From contig NC_087436.1 in the NCBI RefSeq assembly GCF_036321535.1, forward strand, positions 51,772,001 to 51,836,000: 64,000 nt of DNA, given 5' to 3'. Every line of letters starts with the position of its first letter. Position 1 is the first letter of the stretch. Origin of the DNA: Camelus dromedarius. Taxonomy: Eukaryota. Made by a program: the position numbers and the translations under genes. The notes under the pieces were generated by a model. That model saw only the letters and a list, made by a program, of their open reading frames with translations. It ran no database searches and had not been told where the DNA came from. Positions 13,078-26,379 of this stretch are shown here, piece after piece.

Positions 13078-14279
13078 AAAATACTGTTGGTAAAACAATT
13101 TATTCTCCACAGTTCTTTCTAGTTTTTTAAAATGGGTTTTAATGTTTATGTCTCACAGAATACAATTTACCAAATTACTTCTTCAAGCCTCTTTGCCTTA
13201 ACTGAAATGTCACTCTCCACCAATTCTGTTTTTCCTTCCCTCCCTCCTCCCCCTTGCTCTTAATATATGCATTGCTGCCTTTTGTAGTAGATTCAAAATT
13301 CCTTGATTTTTTCAAATACAGGATATTTCAATTCTGCTTCACTTTAGGTCTTCATTCCTTCAGTCACTGGGAATTTCTGCTGGAGGCCTAACGGAGATAG
13401 TATAACTGCTTAAAATGAGTCATCAGGTTCTCCATGCCAGGCCACTGACACCCCAGATCCTTGGCCCATCTCTCTAAATACACTCTCATCTAATTGATTA
13501 TTTTCTTTGTCCCTTGGAATTTTAGTGCATGCATGTATAAAAAGTAATTCCAGCTCTATCAATCCAACAGTTCACTTTCTCTGTTTCTAAACAATAGCTG
13601 TTTTCTGAGTCTTACTGGAGAGGTTTATACAGTCCTGCAGGTTGGTTCCCTTACAAATTCATAGTTTCTAATATAAGATAGTACTTAAAGCTTCTCAGAA
13701 AAATCTGCTGTGGGCCCTCATTTCTCTCTTCTGGTCCCCTTAACATCTATTTTCCATTTATTCTTCAAAACATCTATCATTTTACTTTCTTCAGTCTCAA
13801 AGCCTACCTCAGAGAGAGAACAGTGATATACAATATCTCCTTTCTCCTCCATCTATCCTTCCTACAACCTGCCTACCTCACCATCCATCCTTCAGGCCAC
13901 TTTCCTCACGTGTGATCAGACATGGTTCTCTCCTGCAGTTGGCTAATCCCTCATTTGGGCACTGGACAGCATCTCTATCTCCATAACTCGCATCTCTAGA
14001 TTTCTCTGTACCTCACATTTCTTCCATATCACACTTTTGGAAAAAGTAATGATTTTTATTTTTTGATTTTTAGAAAGTTCCCTTGATTTTCACTTTCTAA
14101 CTCCCCAGTAACTCCTCAAACCATTGTAATGTGGCTTCTGTCCTCAAACTACCACGTCAAACTACCACACCAAACTAAAGTAACTTCATGATGGATTCTT
14201 GTTTTTCAGTGCAGTTGGATTTGGTATGGCTTACTCTACCAGCTTCAGTTGCATTATGATTATCTTTTTCCACCCTAAA

Positions 14280-14414
14280 AACTGCTCAATTCAATATTAT
14301 TCCTAGTAAAATGTCTCAAAGTCAGGGACAAGATTATAAAACCCAGGCAATAAAAGCATTTCCCAGAATTTAGCTGAGCCTGTTTTAGAGAACCAGGTGG
14401 GATTTTTGTTGTCG

Positions 14415-14459
<45 letters not shown>

Positions 14460-17400
14460 TTAGGTTAGTCATGCACTACTCTGACTTGACCTACTGCAAC
14501 ACAGGAGCAACACGAAGTGTCTGCTATAATTTTTTTCCCCCTTTGGATGGCTAAGTAAAAATTAAGGCCTATGTGATTAATCAGGATAATTCTGAGTAAT
14601 AAATTTAAATTTAAAATGATTTGGGGGGCTTCCAAACAGAATTTGTGTCATTAATTAGATCCTCTAGAGTCAGAACACTTTTTGCAATTGTATTATCCTA
14701 TAATATGCATAGGAGTAAACCAATTTTGTCCCTCAAGATGGGCAGATCCCTTGAGTAGAGTTACAGAGTTCCTGTAAAACAGGTCCCTCAGGAAAATAAA
14801 CTGATGATTGTAGCAAGAATGGCCCCAAATTAGATTCCCCTCCCGATAAGCCAGGTTGTACTCACAGGGTTGTAATAAACTTAGCTGAAGCATCTGTTGA
14901 CATGAGGTCAAAGTTTAATTTTTATCAGACTGAAGTTTGTGATATATGGAGTAAACTTAAGTTATCAAGAGGTTCCCATAAAAGTGAATCTACATGTGAA
15001 GTAATTAAAAGAACAGTTACTAAATGTTGTCAGCAGTCAATTAGAGCAGTAGCTCCAGTCTAAGAAAAATCCACCAGAGAGTTTCGCTTTTTCTTAAGTG
15101 GCCAAAGCGGGGGGTCCAAAGCAGGATAAAGACAAAGAAGATCACACTGAGAACCTTCAGTTAATGGAGGATGACCAAGAAAACAACAATAGGCAAGATT
15201 AGTGGTAAAGGGGAAAAATGCTGAAAAATCAGATAAATGATCCTGTTCATTCATCTTGAGCAGGAGCTGTCTACTTCTGTAGTCAGCAGATTGTTCTGTC
15301 ATTCTGGGCAGCAGTTGTCCACTTATACACTCAGCAGCTTCAGGAGAATTCCTAAAAAATCATCAATTCAAGCTCTCTTGATGGAAAAGATGTCCAGCAG
15401 TCAGTAGGAATTGCTGTATGTATTTTTTTAATTTGGGAAATATGAACCCAAAGAACAACACCTTGGAGTTTAATGTTGTGTCAGTTGTAACAGCATCTAA
15501 TGAGATATTTTTTTTAATTGAGACTTAAAGGCAGTTTAATTTTTAATTTTTCTCATGCCTTTTTCTGAAGCCCAGATCTCCAGGTTTCAGATCATGCAAA
15601 GGCTGCTTAGGTAGACATTTTGGAAATACACATTTTAGCTCTCGGTGATAAAGCTAGAGGCATCATTTGATTCTCCTGCAATAATTAGTCATAGCAGCTT
15701 CTGACTGAGTAGAATCTAGGATTGGAAATAATTCTCAAAAATATTAGGCAGGCCTGTTATTAATTCAAAAGGAGAGAAGTTGTGGATACTAGACAAGATT
15801 GACCTTATTTTCCTCCAGGCTCTTAGCAGTACACCTGAATAGTTTGAGATTTCTGACAGCTTTGTTAATTATAGTTATGGAATTCCCTTGCTTCTCTTCA
15901 TCTTTCTTGAAATTTGGGATGATAAGGATTATGGAGATTCTCAGTCATTATAAACTACAGAGTTCTAAAACAACAGTGCCAATGAAATGTGTGTCCCTAA
16001 TACTGGAGAGAGAAGTTGGAATTCCCCAAGATAAGAGTATAAAATCACATTATTCTTTTTTTTTTTTCTACCATTACAACCATAGCTCTCCATCAAGGTA
16101 AAGTTTCAAACTACCCCCTAAAATAAATAACAGTAATTAGAACTTAATTATAGAGTATTTAGAGAGATTCAAAAGGGTCCTGAGGCTTACATTCCTATCC
16201 ATGTCCTACATCTATGAGCTCACCAAGACTGTTATTAGCAGGAAGGACATGCCTTGGAAATCCCCTCGACGCGATCTTTAAAATATCCATAAAGTTGATT
16301 CAGTATCATGGCTAATTTATTTCTACCAGGAAGGATTTGGGGTAAATTCCATTTTTATTTTGGCCAACTCTTTAGGTAGTAGCCAAGAAGCTCTAATTTC
16401 TTTAATTTGTCATCCATTTTCTAGGGGTTTCTGTGGTGGTCGGCAAATCTCTATAATCCAGGCATTTCAAAGTCATGGACTAACCCCAAATTATATATCT
16501 CTTACAGTATAAATATTCAGTCTTACTTTTCTTCAGAAGCAGGTCTGAGTGACAGCAACGAATTTAGCCATGTAAATCAATTTAATTCTGTGAGAAACTT
16601 AAATTTTAAGGATAAATTCACATCTGTGATTGCACAACCTACATGGAAATTTTTAATTTTTTCCTTTTAAGAATGAAACATCCACAAACATAAGTAAATC
16701 AGAATTATCCAAGGAAGTCTCTGCCCAAGAGGCCTGTACCAGGCATGGACAGTTCCCTTCGAGAGGTTAAATATCATGCGGTTCTCCTTCCTCCAGTGAC
16801 GTAAAGAGGTGGCTGGCTTTAGAGCACCACTGTGATGGACAGCTAGACGTGAATGGGAAAACAACCCTATTTTACAGTTTGACAACTGGCTAAAAATGCT
16901 AAGGTTATTTTGTCAGCAGAAGAGTCTGTATAACATGGGAAACTTTGGTACTTTATAACTATATCAACTGAAGTTTTCGTAAGTTTTTCTATTGCTGTAT
17001 CACTCTTAGTCAAAGGGCTATGTCTTGATCATTGACGTAAAGAAAGACTGAAATAAGCAATAAGCTTCTGACTATTTACACGTCATTGAGTCATACCCTA
17101 ATACTTGTCCAGACTTTAAATGAGTAAAAAAAAAAAAGTTTTATGAATCTAGAATCCTGGAAACAAAGCACTTGGGTCAAAGTTAATGTACCCATCTTTG
17201 AGCTAAAATAGGAATATATTTTTTTATTTGAAAAATGTAACATTAGATCATTTATATTCACCTATTCACTAGGAAGACAAACTTTCCTTGATTTTTCAGG
17301 GTTTTAAAAATACATATTAAGTTTGGTAGGCAAAAGCTTTCATAACAGTTTTGAATTAATTAAAATGTGCAGAATTATTAGACAAACCCTAGTTATTCCT

Positions 17401-17560
17401 ATGGTCCTTTCTTTCGTAGGGTAAATGAGGAAACCTTTGTGTTACCTAGTGGCCATTTGGGAAAACCCAAAGATAGTGTAGCATAAAAGACATCTTAGTA
17501 GTTTTTCAAAAACATTTTTAATTTTTATCAAAGGTCTCAAAATATTTTATTTAACAGCTA
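14280..17560 (-). mobile_element. Probable degraded ERV1-class internal region (MER4/MER21/MER34-int-like)
   Basis: Minus-strand AGAAGTAGACAGCTCCTGCTCAAGATG (~15255-15280) resembles the pol-env junction motif recalled from MER-type internals. No intact ORFs. Boundaries uncertain. Confidence 0.4.
14406..14458. repeat. (GTT)n microsatellite
   Basis: About 17 GTT units with one GTC. It is the source of the poly-Thr ORF 14275-14472. Confidence 0.95.
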
Positions 17561-17772
17561 TTGATAATTTTTAATGTTTTAGGGCTTTGTTGGTATATAA
17601 CTATTAATGCAAATCAAAATCAGTGAGAAGTAGTCAGGGAGGGCCTTTAGGAGAATCAGTATTAGCTCTTCTGGTGTAAGAATTGAGGAGGGCTGATGGA
17701 GAGGGGAGAGCCTTCCCTCCATAAGCAAGGGAATTTTAGGGCAAATTGGGAGATTAAAGATCTCAGCCTCAG

Positions 17773-17950
17773 TGGGAAGGGTATAGCTCAGTGTCAGAGC
17801 GTGTGCTTAGTGTGCACAAGGTCCTGGGTTCAACTCCCAGTATCTCCATTAAAATAAATGATATTAAATAAATAAAATAAGTGATATTTAAATAAATAAA
17901 TAAATAAATAATCTTAATTACCTCCCTCACTAAAAAAAAATTTTTTTTAA
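17773..17950 (+). mobile_element. tRNA-Ala-derived SINE (vic-1 type), long-tail form
   Basis: tRNA-like head, then an (AAAT)n tail containing CTTAATTACCTCCC. Perfect 17-bp TSD AAAGATCTCAGCCTCAG at 17756-17772 and 17951-17967. Confidence 0.93.
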
Positions 17951-18509
17951 AAAGATCTCAGCCTCAGCTCACATCTTCTCAAATGCCCTCAACCCACATC
18001 TCTGGGACCTACTTTTTTCCATCAGTGTCCCTGCTTTTAAGTGAGAGATTGGGCAAGACTGAGCATTGAACTGGAGCTGCCACTCTTAAGTCCTCACCCT
18101 CAGACTTACAGATTGCAATCTCTGGAGAGGAGGAAATCTTCCAAAGCTGTTGTGGAGCCTTCCAGTCTCCTGTCCTTAATTATATGTTATGGATCTTAAT
18201 TTCTGTTTACGTTCTCTGAGGCCCAAAGACAAAAATGGGTGATTCCACAGTCCTCATAATCTTCATTGTTTATAAAACAGCCAAATTTCTCAGCCAATCC
18301 ATCCATATTCTGCCTGTCACTTGTACCTTATCTTATGCTCTCAAGAGTGACAAAGTGAGAAAGGGAGATTTTAGCAAATGCCATGGATTACCCATGTCCC
18401 TTTCATCCTGGCAAGGAGGTTATCTCCGAACTCCATTACATATAAATCACTCAATTCCACACACCCATATTTAAGGTGCATTTCTTGGGAACATTTATGG
18501 TATAAATTA

Positions 18510-18990
18510 GACATCACTCAGCTATTCAATAGAAAATAGATGGCACACTCACGTTAGAATAATTCATGGAGTGTTTATTTACTAAAGGAGTATTTCCAAA
18601 AAATGTTGCAGGATGTAGTGGAACCACAAGGAAGAGCCCAGGGTCCTAGCATTAGTAAGGGCTGTTATCCCTCAGCCTGAAACGATGAAGAAGGCACAGT
18701 TACCAAAATCTGGAAGGAGTCTATTGAGAGAAGAGGCTAACTTGAAAACAGCTGCAGTTAAGGATTAGAGACATCTGAAGTGACTCTGAAGGAAGGGAGG
18801 AAGGAGAATCATCACCCCAGCCTCACTCTTCTCCCCACCCCTGATCCCGTGTTGTTACTCCTCATTGGTCAGCCCCAGCTGGGAGCTAGAAGACAAGGAG
18901 GACCACCAACATAGTCCATTCAAGTCAGCCTCCTGGGAATGAAAGTAGGAAAGGGAAGATGAAGACACGATCCGGAGAGGAAAACCAGAT
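18510..18990 (-). mobile_element. ERVL LTR, LTR33-like
   Basis: CTCCTCATTGGTCAGCCCCAGCTGGGAGCTAGAAGACAAGGAG...GTCAGCCTCCTGGG resembles the recalled LTR33 end block. Confidence 0.55.
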
Positions 18991-20019
18991 GAGGTCTGGC
19001 TCACTTGTACCATGGACATTTCATGATACTTCTATTTCAGCTCTATTGGCAACTAGAATCAGTGCTGGTGGCTTCCATGAAATCCTACACTTCCAGAATG
19101 CCTCAAAGGGGCCTTTTGGATCTTTGCTTTCACAACTATTCCAATAATTATCTAAGCCTCAAATTCTTTACATATATTAATTTTCTTTCCACTACACATA
19201 CCGAGAGTGGCTTCTGCTTCCCCATCCAAACCTGACTGATCCAAGAACACTGCCTCCCTTGAAAGGGGCTCTATAGCCAAAAAGTAAGCGATCAGAGACA
19301 GAAACAAATCCAACACTTCTTTCGCCAGTTCCTCTGGTCAGAAAGATGATGAGAGCTGAACAGAGAGAGGGGACTTTTTTTCTTTTGTTTCCTTGGAGAC
19401 TCAGGGTATTGAATGAAAATTCAAAAGAAGTCTGAAATAATATATTTAGCTATATTTAAGAACATAGTATTTTAAGACCAATAAATGTGTATATATAACG
19501 CATACTCAGGTAGATAGAATAGAGGTTTGCTAAGGCAAAAATTCCTATAAAGGAATGTGACTTTTTAGCTCTTCCTCTTTCTGGGCTCCAACATCTAGAC
19601 CGGAGCAAGTGTACAGAACCCAACAGAACGGGTCTTCCAGACTGGAAATGTTTATTAACTCAAGACAGGTGAAGAATAAGAGCTGAGAATAAATGAATAC
19701 ATACTTTAGAATGAGAAACATCTATAGGTCACTCTGCAGTTTATTTTGTCATATATCTAGACAACAAAATAAGGACAAATCTTATATTAATTTGTAGGAA
19801 AATTGTGAAAATCTTTAATCCTGTCTCCAGTTCAGGCCAGGCTGTTTTTCTTCCTAAATCTGATGACACTCTGTTTACCACATGTTCCTTTTCCTTTACT
19901 GGTACACACTTCAGTGTTGTTTCTTGATGGAAAAGCTTTTGCTTTCAGGTATCACATACGTGCTCGCTCAAAATTTAAAATTTAAAAGACTTTATTTAAC
20001 AGTGATTAGCTGGGGGCAA

Positions 20020-20250
20020 ATGATAGCGGCCGCAAACTCTCAGGCACTTACATGCTTGGCATTTCATTAAGCTCTCTACGTGAGTTACCATACTTAACTC
20101 TCACAACTGTGTGAGTTAGTTAATTATCTTTATTTTTCCAATGCATTGAAGAGGACATGGAGGCTTTGAGGTTCTGCCTAAATCTGTATGTTGGAATGTA
20201 AATGCTTCTGACTGATCTTAATGTCATGGTCCTTAACCCTTATATTGTGC
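20020..20250 (-). mobile_element. MIR
   Basis: TTAACTCTCACAACTGTGTGAGTTAGTTAATTATCTTTATTTT...GAGGCTTTGAG...CTTAACC. Confidence 0.55.
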
Positions 20251-22154
20251 TACTTCTTTCAAGCAAATCTGCCACTTATGTTGGGAAATGTTTTTTCTCT
20301 TGGTTTCTACCATGGTGGTGTGCTTTTATGTCTCTCCACTGTGAACTGGTAATTCTAGTCTCTGTATCTTTTCTATTGCATTATTCTATCTGCACCACAG
20401 TGAGGGAAGGGGTTATAGTCCATCAATTTTGTCAGGAAGAATAATTTACTGATTGGGCAAAAAGTACATTCTCGTTTAAGGAGACATTTGGATGCAATGC
20501 GACTCCCCATGTAGCACTGTGAAACTTCCCCAGAAACAGAACTATGTCATGTCCTCTTTTGTGAGGTTCATCAGGTGAGTTTTAATCATCCATGAACACC
20601 TCTTCTTACATAACCCAGAGCCACATCCTATTTGCATGGGCCCCGTGTCATTGTCACAGTAAACAATGACAACTATCATTGGCTTAGAAATAAAAAGACG
20701 CAAAGGCTTACTGCTTCCACCTTACCTCATTCATTTCTAGAATGTGTTCCCATCCTCAACATTTGTTTTCAAGGAAGAGAACATTTCACATTTATTTTCT
20801 GTTTTTCTCTTATTTACCACAAAGAGTTCTTATAAACCAAAATAAAAATATGAACATGTTTTCTATGAATGCTCCTTTGATCCAAAGATTTTTTAAGTAT
20901 TTATAAAAGACAACTAACTAAGCTTTTCTATAGTCTTATAAATCTTAAGAGCTGCTCGAAAACACCTTCTTCTTACAAGTTTTAGAAACATTCAAGGAGA
21001 GCTATTAATCTCACTGAAAAGCAAAGAAAAATAGGCTGTACTATCACTCCACTTATCACCAAAGGTGAAAAAAGGCACTCCAAAGTGTACCTAAAATGAG
21101 TTTCCATGATCATCTGGAACCTTCCTTAAGAGACAGGAAGGGACAGGACCATCCTTTCTAGCCAAAAGAAAGTCACAGAATGCTGTTCTGCCATGTGCCT
21201 CTTTTGTCTTTGTTTAACATGTTTAAAAAGATGTTTTATATAGGACAGTTTGGCCAAAATCTCCTGTAACTGATTCAGAAATCCTCTGGAGGCATCAGAA
21301 AATGATGAAAAGTTCAAATTCAAGTTAAAAATTGCCCTGGGCAGACACAGTTTGTTAAGTTCTTGGTTTGGGTTGAATTCATTCGGCCTTGGTAGAGAGA
21401 TGGAGTGTACCCTGTTTGGGGAAGCCTGTTTGCAGAATGCTTTCCTTGGTCTTTTTCCCAAAGAAAAGCTGTTTCACATGCTAGTGAAGCTGTAGATGTG
21501 CATGTGGTAGACTGCTTTCTCACGCAAGCAGGGAGAATGAAATGAACACTTCCCTCTGGAGTACACTTCTCAGGTTTCTTTATCTGATTCCACTGAAACC
21601 TCAGATTCCTGAACTACATTTTTAAACACAATGGCCTGAATTTCACACTTATTCAACAGCAAGGGCAGAAACTCTAAATAGATTATAGACAGGGCAGTGA
21701 GTCCATACACTCAGGGAACTGCTACATATACACTCATCTTCTCTTCCAAAGTAATCTAAAATGAAGCTTTCCCAGTAAGAAATAAATTATACTAGTAATA
21801 AGTTGAGCAGTTTATGGCTTATTGGTCATTTTCTTAGTAATATCTCTAATCATTTCAAATACCCACACACAAAATGAGTTTTCAAAATGGGAAAAAGCAC
21901 TGAACATTAGGGTAATGGGTTCAAAAATTGAAGCCAGATTCATATAACAAAAAGGGTGATTTCCAATGGGTTTAAACCTCCACACTTAATGAAAAGATGT
22001 TCTTGAAGAAATCACCACAATATCAAGAGTTACTAAACAATTTTGAAAATATTTGTTCCCAAAAGGTAATTAAAATCTAGTACAAGAGCTTAATTCAGAT
22101 GTGTAACTGATAAATTGAAGCTAGCTGGAAATATTAAATTTTAAAAATTTAACT

Positions 22155-22419
22155 GGGGGAGGAAAACGGGTGGGAAGGGATAAATTTGAGTTTTGCAGTT
22201 TGAAATTTACAGATACTAACTAATATAAATATAAAATAAACAAGAAGTGCATACTGCATAGCACAGGGAACTATGTTCAATATCTTGTAGTAACTTATGG
22301 TAAAAAAGAATATGAAAATGTATATAAATATGTTCATGGATGACCGAAGCATTATGCTGTACATCAGAAACTGACACAAAGTTATAAACTGAATATACTT
22401 CAATAAAATAAATATACAC
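22155..22419 (+). mobile_element. 5'-truncated cetartiodactyl L1 (3' UTR only)
   Basis: TAGCACAGGGAACTATGTTCAATATCTTGTAGTAAC...TATACTTCAATAAAA. TSD AAAAATTTAACT at 22143-22154 and 22420-22431. Confidence 0.9.
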
Positions 22420-22816
22420 AAAAATTTAACTAGTATAGTTCAGATAACCTAGCAAAGAGAAGAGCTTTGTTAAAAATAGAAAAAAAATGACAAGTAATAA
22501 AGTATTATTTGAAAGGTGAACCTATGAAAAGCTCATAATCTATTTGTAGTAATTTTCTGGAGAAAATATCATTGAGTTAGAGGTATAATGAGTCGTATCA
22601 TGATAATCAGTACTATGGAAAAGCTACATAGATGATCGAAATTCTTCTATATTTGATTATATATCATGTTTTATACTTTCACTTAAATATAGACTTAACT
22701 TCTGAGAATTCACAATATGGTCAAATAATTCATATCCTAATATCTCAGAGTTCTTGATAATTCAGTACTGAGTTCAAATTTTAACTTTATACTACCTACC
22801 TAAAAAGAATTTTATT

Positions 22817-22959
22817 CACAGAGAACTATATTCAATATCTTGTAGTAACCTATAATGAAAAAGAATATGAAAATAAATATATGTATGTACATGTATGACT
22901 TAAACATTACTCTGTACACCAGAAATTGACACATTATAACTGATTATACATGAATAAAA
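22817..22959 (+). mobile_element. Very short 5'-truncated L1 3' tip
   Basis: Same 3' UTR family as 22155-22419. 15-bp TSD AAAAAGAATTTTATT at 22802-22816 and 22960-22974. Confidence 0.9.
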
Positions 22960-23059
22960 AAAAAGAATTTTATTAAGCAAATTAAAATCATAAATGAGAG
23001 TACAGAGTAATGCATAACATCCTAAATCCACTGTCTTCAAGTGCTTTATAATTGTATTT

Positions 23060-23230
23060 ACCAAGAAGTAATTTATCAAGTGCTCAGCATTTTACATGCA
23101 TTATCCTGTTTCATTTTCATAACCTTTGAGGAATATCCATTTGATAATATCCCCATTTCATAGATGAGGACTCTGAAGTGTAAAAAGACTAACTAGAATT
23201 TGGAGAGTGTTAGACTCCAGCCTCCACACT
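23060..23230 (-). mobile_element. MIR
   Basis: TATCCCCATTTCATAGATGAGGACTCTGAAG core. Confidence 0.65.
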
Positions 23231-23409
23231 CCTTCCTGGTGGGCCCTGAAAAACAAACTCTGTTGGTGTGAAAATGTCGGGGAAGATGGGGACAGACTAG
23301 AAATACAGACACTTTGGTGGCTTCCCTCTTCACTCACATATTGTTACGGTCCTATATGAACTATTAAAGCACCACCCCAACCTGCTTTCAGTGGAAGTGG
23401 TGATCTTCC

Positions 23410-24660
23410 CAGTGAATACATTCAGTCGTGTGGTAACCGTCCACTCTGTTCCAGGCATGGCTCTCAATGTTTGGGATACATCCATGAACAAAGCAGGTAA
23501 AGGTACGTATCTACCAGAGGAGGCCAAACAATAAACTATTAAAACAATAAATATGTTATGAAACAACTCAGAAGTCATTAATTGTCAGGGGGAAGAAAGG
23601 AAGGGGGAAGAAAGGAAGGGTAAAGAGGGTAAGGGAGTGTGTGTGGCAGGGTGGGCTGTGCTTTCAATAAGGTGATCAGATTGGGTTTTTTTTAAGCTTA
23701 CATTTGACAAAATGCTTAAAGAAAATAATAGAGTTAGCATACTGAGATCTCTGGCAAGAGAGATGCTAGTGCAAGGGCACTGCTGTTAGATCTTGCCTGC
23801 CAGTCCACAGAAGAACAAGTAAGATGTGGGTGGAGGGGTGGTTGGGCAGGGAGGGCGGTAGGAGGCAAAGCTGGTGACGGTGAACTATCAGGCTTCCCAG
23901 GCTTGACAGTATGAGGCATGGATCTTGGTTTCCTCTCTAAGCAAAATGAGGAGACACTGCAGGACTTTGAGCAAAGGGATGACTTGATTTTCAAAAGACC
24001 GCTATAGATGCTGGGCTGAAAAGAGAAGATAGGGAGTAAGCTGCAGAAATCCCAGGAGAGAAGCACTGGCAGCTGGGACCAGAGTGGCGGCAGCAGCAGC
24101 AATGAGAAGAGGCCAGGCTCCGCATTAACTGTGAAGGTAGATGCAAAGGAGTTCAGAAAAAGTGGATGTAGACTGTGAGAAAGAAAAGTAAGTCCAAAAG
24201 AAAGCACACAAACAGCCTTATAACGGAAGGAAAATTTGGCATATGCTACAACATGGATGTACCTTATGAACCTAAGTAAAATAAGCCAGTCACAAAAAGA
24301 CTATACTATGTAACTCCAAGGATCTGAGGTACCTACAGTAGTCAAGTTCACAGAAACAAAAAGTAGAAGGGTGCTTGCCATGGCTGGGGGAGGGAAATAG
24401 AGAGTTGTTACTCAAGGGATATAAAGTTTTGGTTTTGCAAGACGAAATGAGTTCTGGAGATCAGTTGCGCACCAGTGTAAAGGTGCTCACTACTACTGAA
24501 CTGCACATTTAAAATGGTTAAGATAGTAGCTTTCAGAATATACGTACTTAACCCCAATTAAGAATTTTTTTTTTTAATTTTAAAGAAAGCAAACTCTAAG
24601 TCAAAGATGATTCCAAGTATTTTGGTCTGAATAAAAGAAAAGAACGGAGTTGCCAGCCTC
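23410..24660 (-). mobile_element. LINE-2 interrupted by an L1MB-type 3' end (24207-24581)
   Basis: Antisense L2 blocks (GGACTTTGAGCAAAGGGATGACTTGAT, GTGAAGGTAGATGCAAAGG). The L2 resumes with GTCAAAGATGATTCCAAG at ~24600. Confidence 0.75.
24207..24581 (+). mobile_element. L1MB-type 3' end
   Basis: ATGCTACAACATGGATG...AAATAAGCCAGTCACAAAAAGA...ACTGAACTGCACATTTAAAATGGTTAAGAT. Flanking AAAGAAAGCA at 24197-24206 and 24582-24591 is a probable TSD. Confidence 0.8.
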
Positions 24661-25595
24661 AGATAAAACCTAGTCCAGGTGTTAGTACTTATCCCCTCTA
24701 AGAAATCCTCAAATAATTAGACCACAGTTCTCTAGGGTCCAAAGATGTTGGTTCTCCCATTAAAGTTGTAGTACTGCTACTTATGGTTACAGTCTCCTCT
24801 AAGGAAAGAGTGGAACATACCTTCTTTCTGGGAGTTCCCTTGTGGTGCCCCTGCTCACACCATGCTTTGCTGTCTTCTACATGCCAACAGTGAGAAAATA
24901 CATGCTATCTTTAACCATGCTAATTTAGTATCAGCAAAAGGCAACTCTTAATTCTTACTAGTGCGTAACAGTAGCCACTATGCTTTATTTCTACATTTTG
25001 ATTGCTTATTATCTATCTGGCCTTTAACTTCTGTTCCAAACAAGTGTTTATGATGCCCTCTTGCTGACACCAGATCTTTACCTCTGCCCATTACAGTGAC
25101 TCTTGAAAACTTTCATACTGTATAGAATATTACAGGGAGATTTTTAGTTATTAATATTGCATAATCCCCAAGTTATATATTCTGAGTGAAAGAAATAAGG
25201 TGCAGTACAGAGCATACAGTATTTTACCATTTGTTAACACAGTTTTAAAAAAAGACATAAATGTGGAAGTATGTTTAAGTATATAAGAAACTAATCACAG
25301 TTTGCTTCTGGGGAAAAAATCTAGGTGGCTAGACAGAGATATGATACATTTTTAGTATGCATTTTTTTGTAGTTTTTGAATTTGGTATCATGTTATCATA
25401 ATTAAGTGTGTGACATCTGCATCCTTCCATTCTCTATCATCCTGACTTGTGAATATCTTTTCTCTAATATTTTCTGGCCAATTAATGTCTTTTCTTGCCA
25501 TTCCTTTTCCACCCTCATCTTGTAATTTTTAGTAATTTTCCAGGCCAAAGGTTATGGAAGGTTTGAAGAGCATTGCCTCAATAAAGTAACAACAT

Positions 25596-25689
25596 GGGGG
25601 GAGGGTATAGCTCTGTGGTAGAGCACATGCTCAGCATGCACAATGTCCTGGGTTCAATCCCCAGTACCTCTGTTAAAAGTAAATAAATA
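25596..25689 (+). mobile_element. tRNA-Ala-derived SINE (vic-1 type), short-tail form
   Basis: GGGGGGAGGGTATAGCTCTGTGGTAGAGCACATGCTCAGCATGCACAATGTCCTGGGTTCAATCCCCAGTACC. TSD AATAA(A/G)GTAACAAC at 25580-25593 and 25690-25703. Confidence 0.92.
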
Positions 25690-26379
25690 AATAAGGTAAC
25701 AACTGAAGAACCTTAAGGAGGAAACAAAGATCAGATTCCTGGGACTTAGTGGAAAGATCTGAGAAAGAGAAGCTGAATGGTGAAAGTTGCTCCACTGAAT
25801 CTAGTTAGAATGCAGAAACAGATCCTGGAAGAAAAAACTGGGTGATCATTATTTTACTGCCTTGAAAACTGAACCTAGTCTGGGGCCTCAGGAACTATTA
25901 CTAATTCTGTTTCCAATTCTTATTTTGACCCACAGCTTCCACACTTGTTTTCCCTACAGAGATGGCAATTTGTCCTCTTTATTTCACAGGAAGTTGTAAC
26001 ATTCAGTGAGCTAAGTTTTCACAAAGGGCTAACAGGATATGTAATGTATAGCTGAAAGATTTTAATAATAATAAATAATAATAAACCAACAGGTCAAAGT
26101 TTCACAGATTTTGTGTCCTCCAAACTTTTAAGAACAGAAATTAAAAGAGCCACAAGCTAATTTATAAAACACTCTAGCAATATGCTCAATTAAACCAGAT
26201 AACAACATATACAGCAGTGCAATCAATAGTGATCGTGGTTAGACAAATCACTTAGAGAGTGGAGAGTGTTATACAACGCACACAAAGACCACGTGTGTGG
26301 GGGTATAATAAGGGTGACCAACAGACTTAGAGTGGACATTAGATTTCATCTCCTAATTTTAATATAGTCATACTGATAG

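Noticed and set aside
14275..14472. Poly-Thr mucin-like ORF
   Set aside because: Translation of the (GTT)n microsatellite.
23734..24207. Longest ORF in the track (157 aa)
   Set aside because: Lies wholly in a decayed L2, has low-complexity Leu/Ser/Pro content and no recognisable domain.
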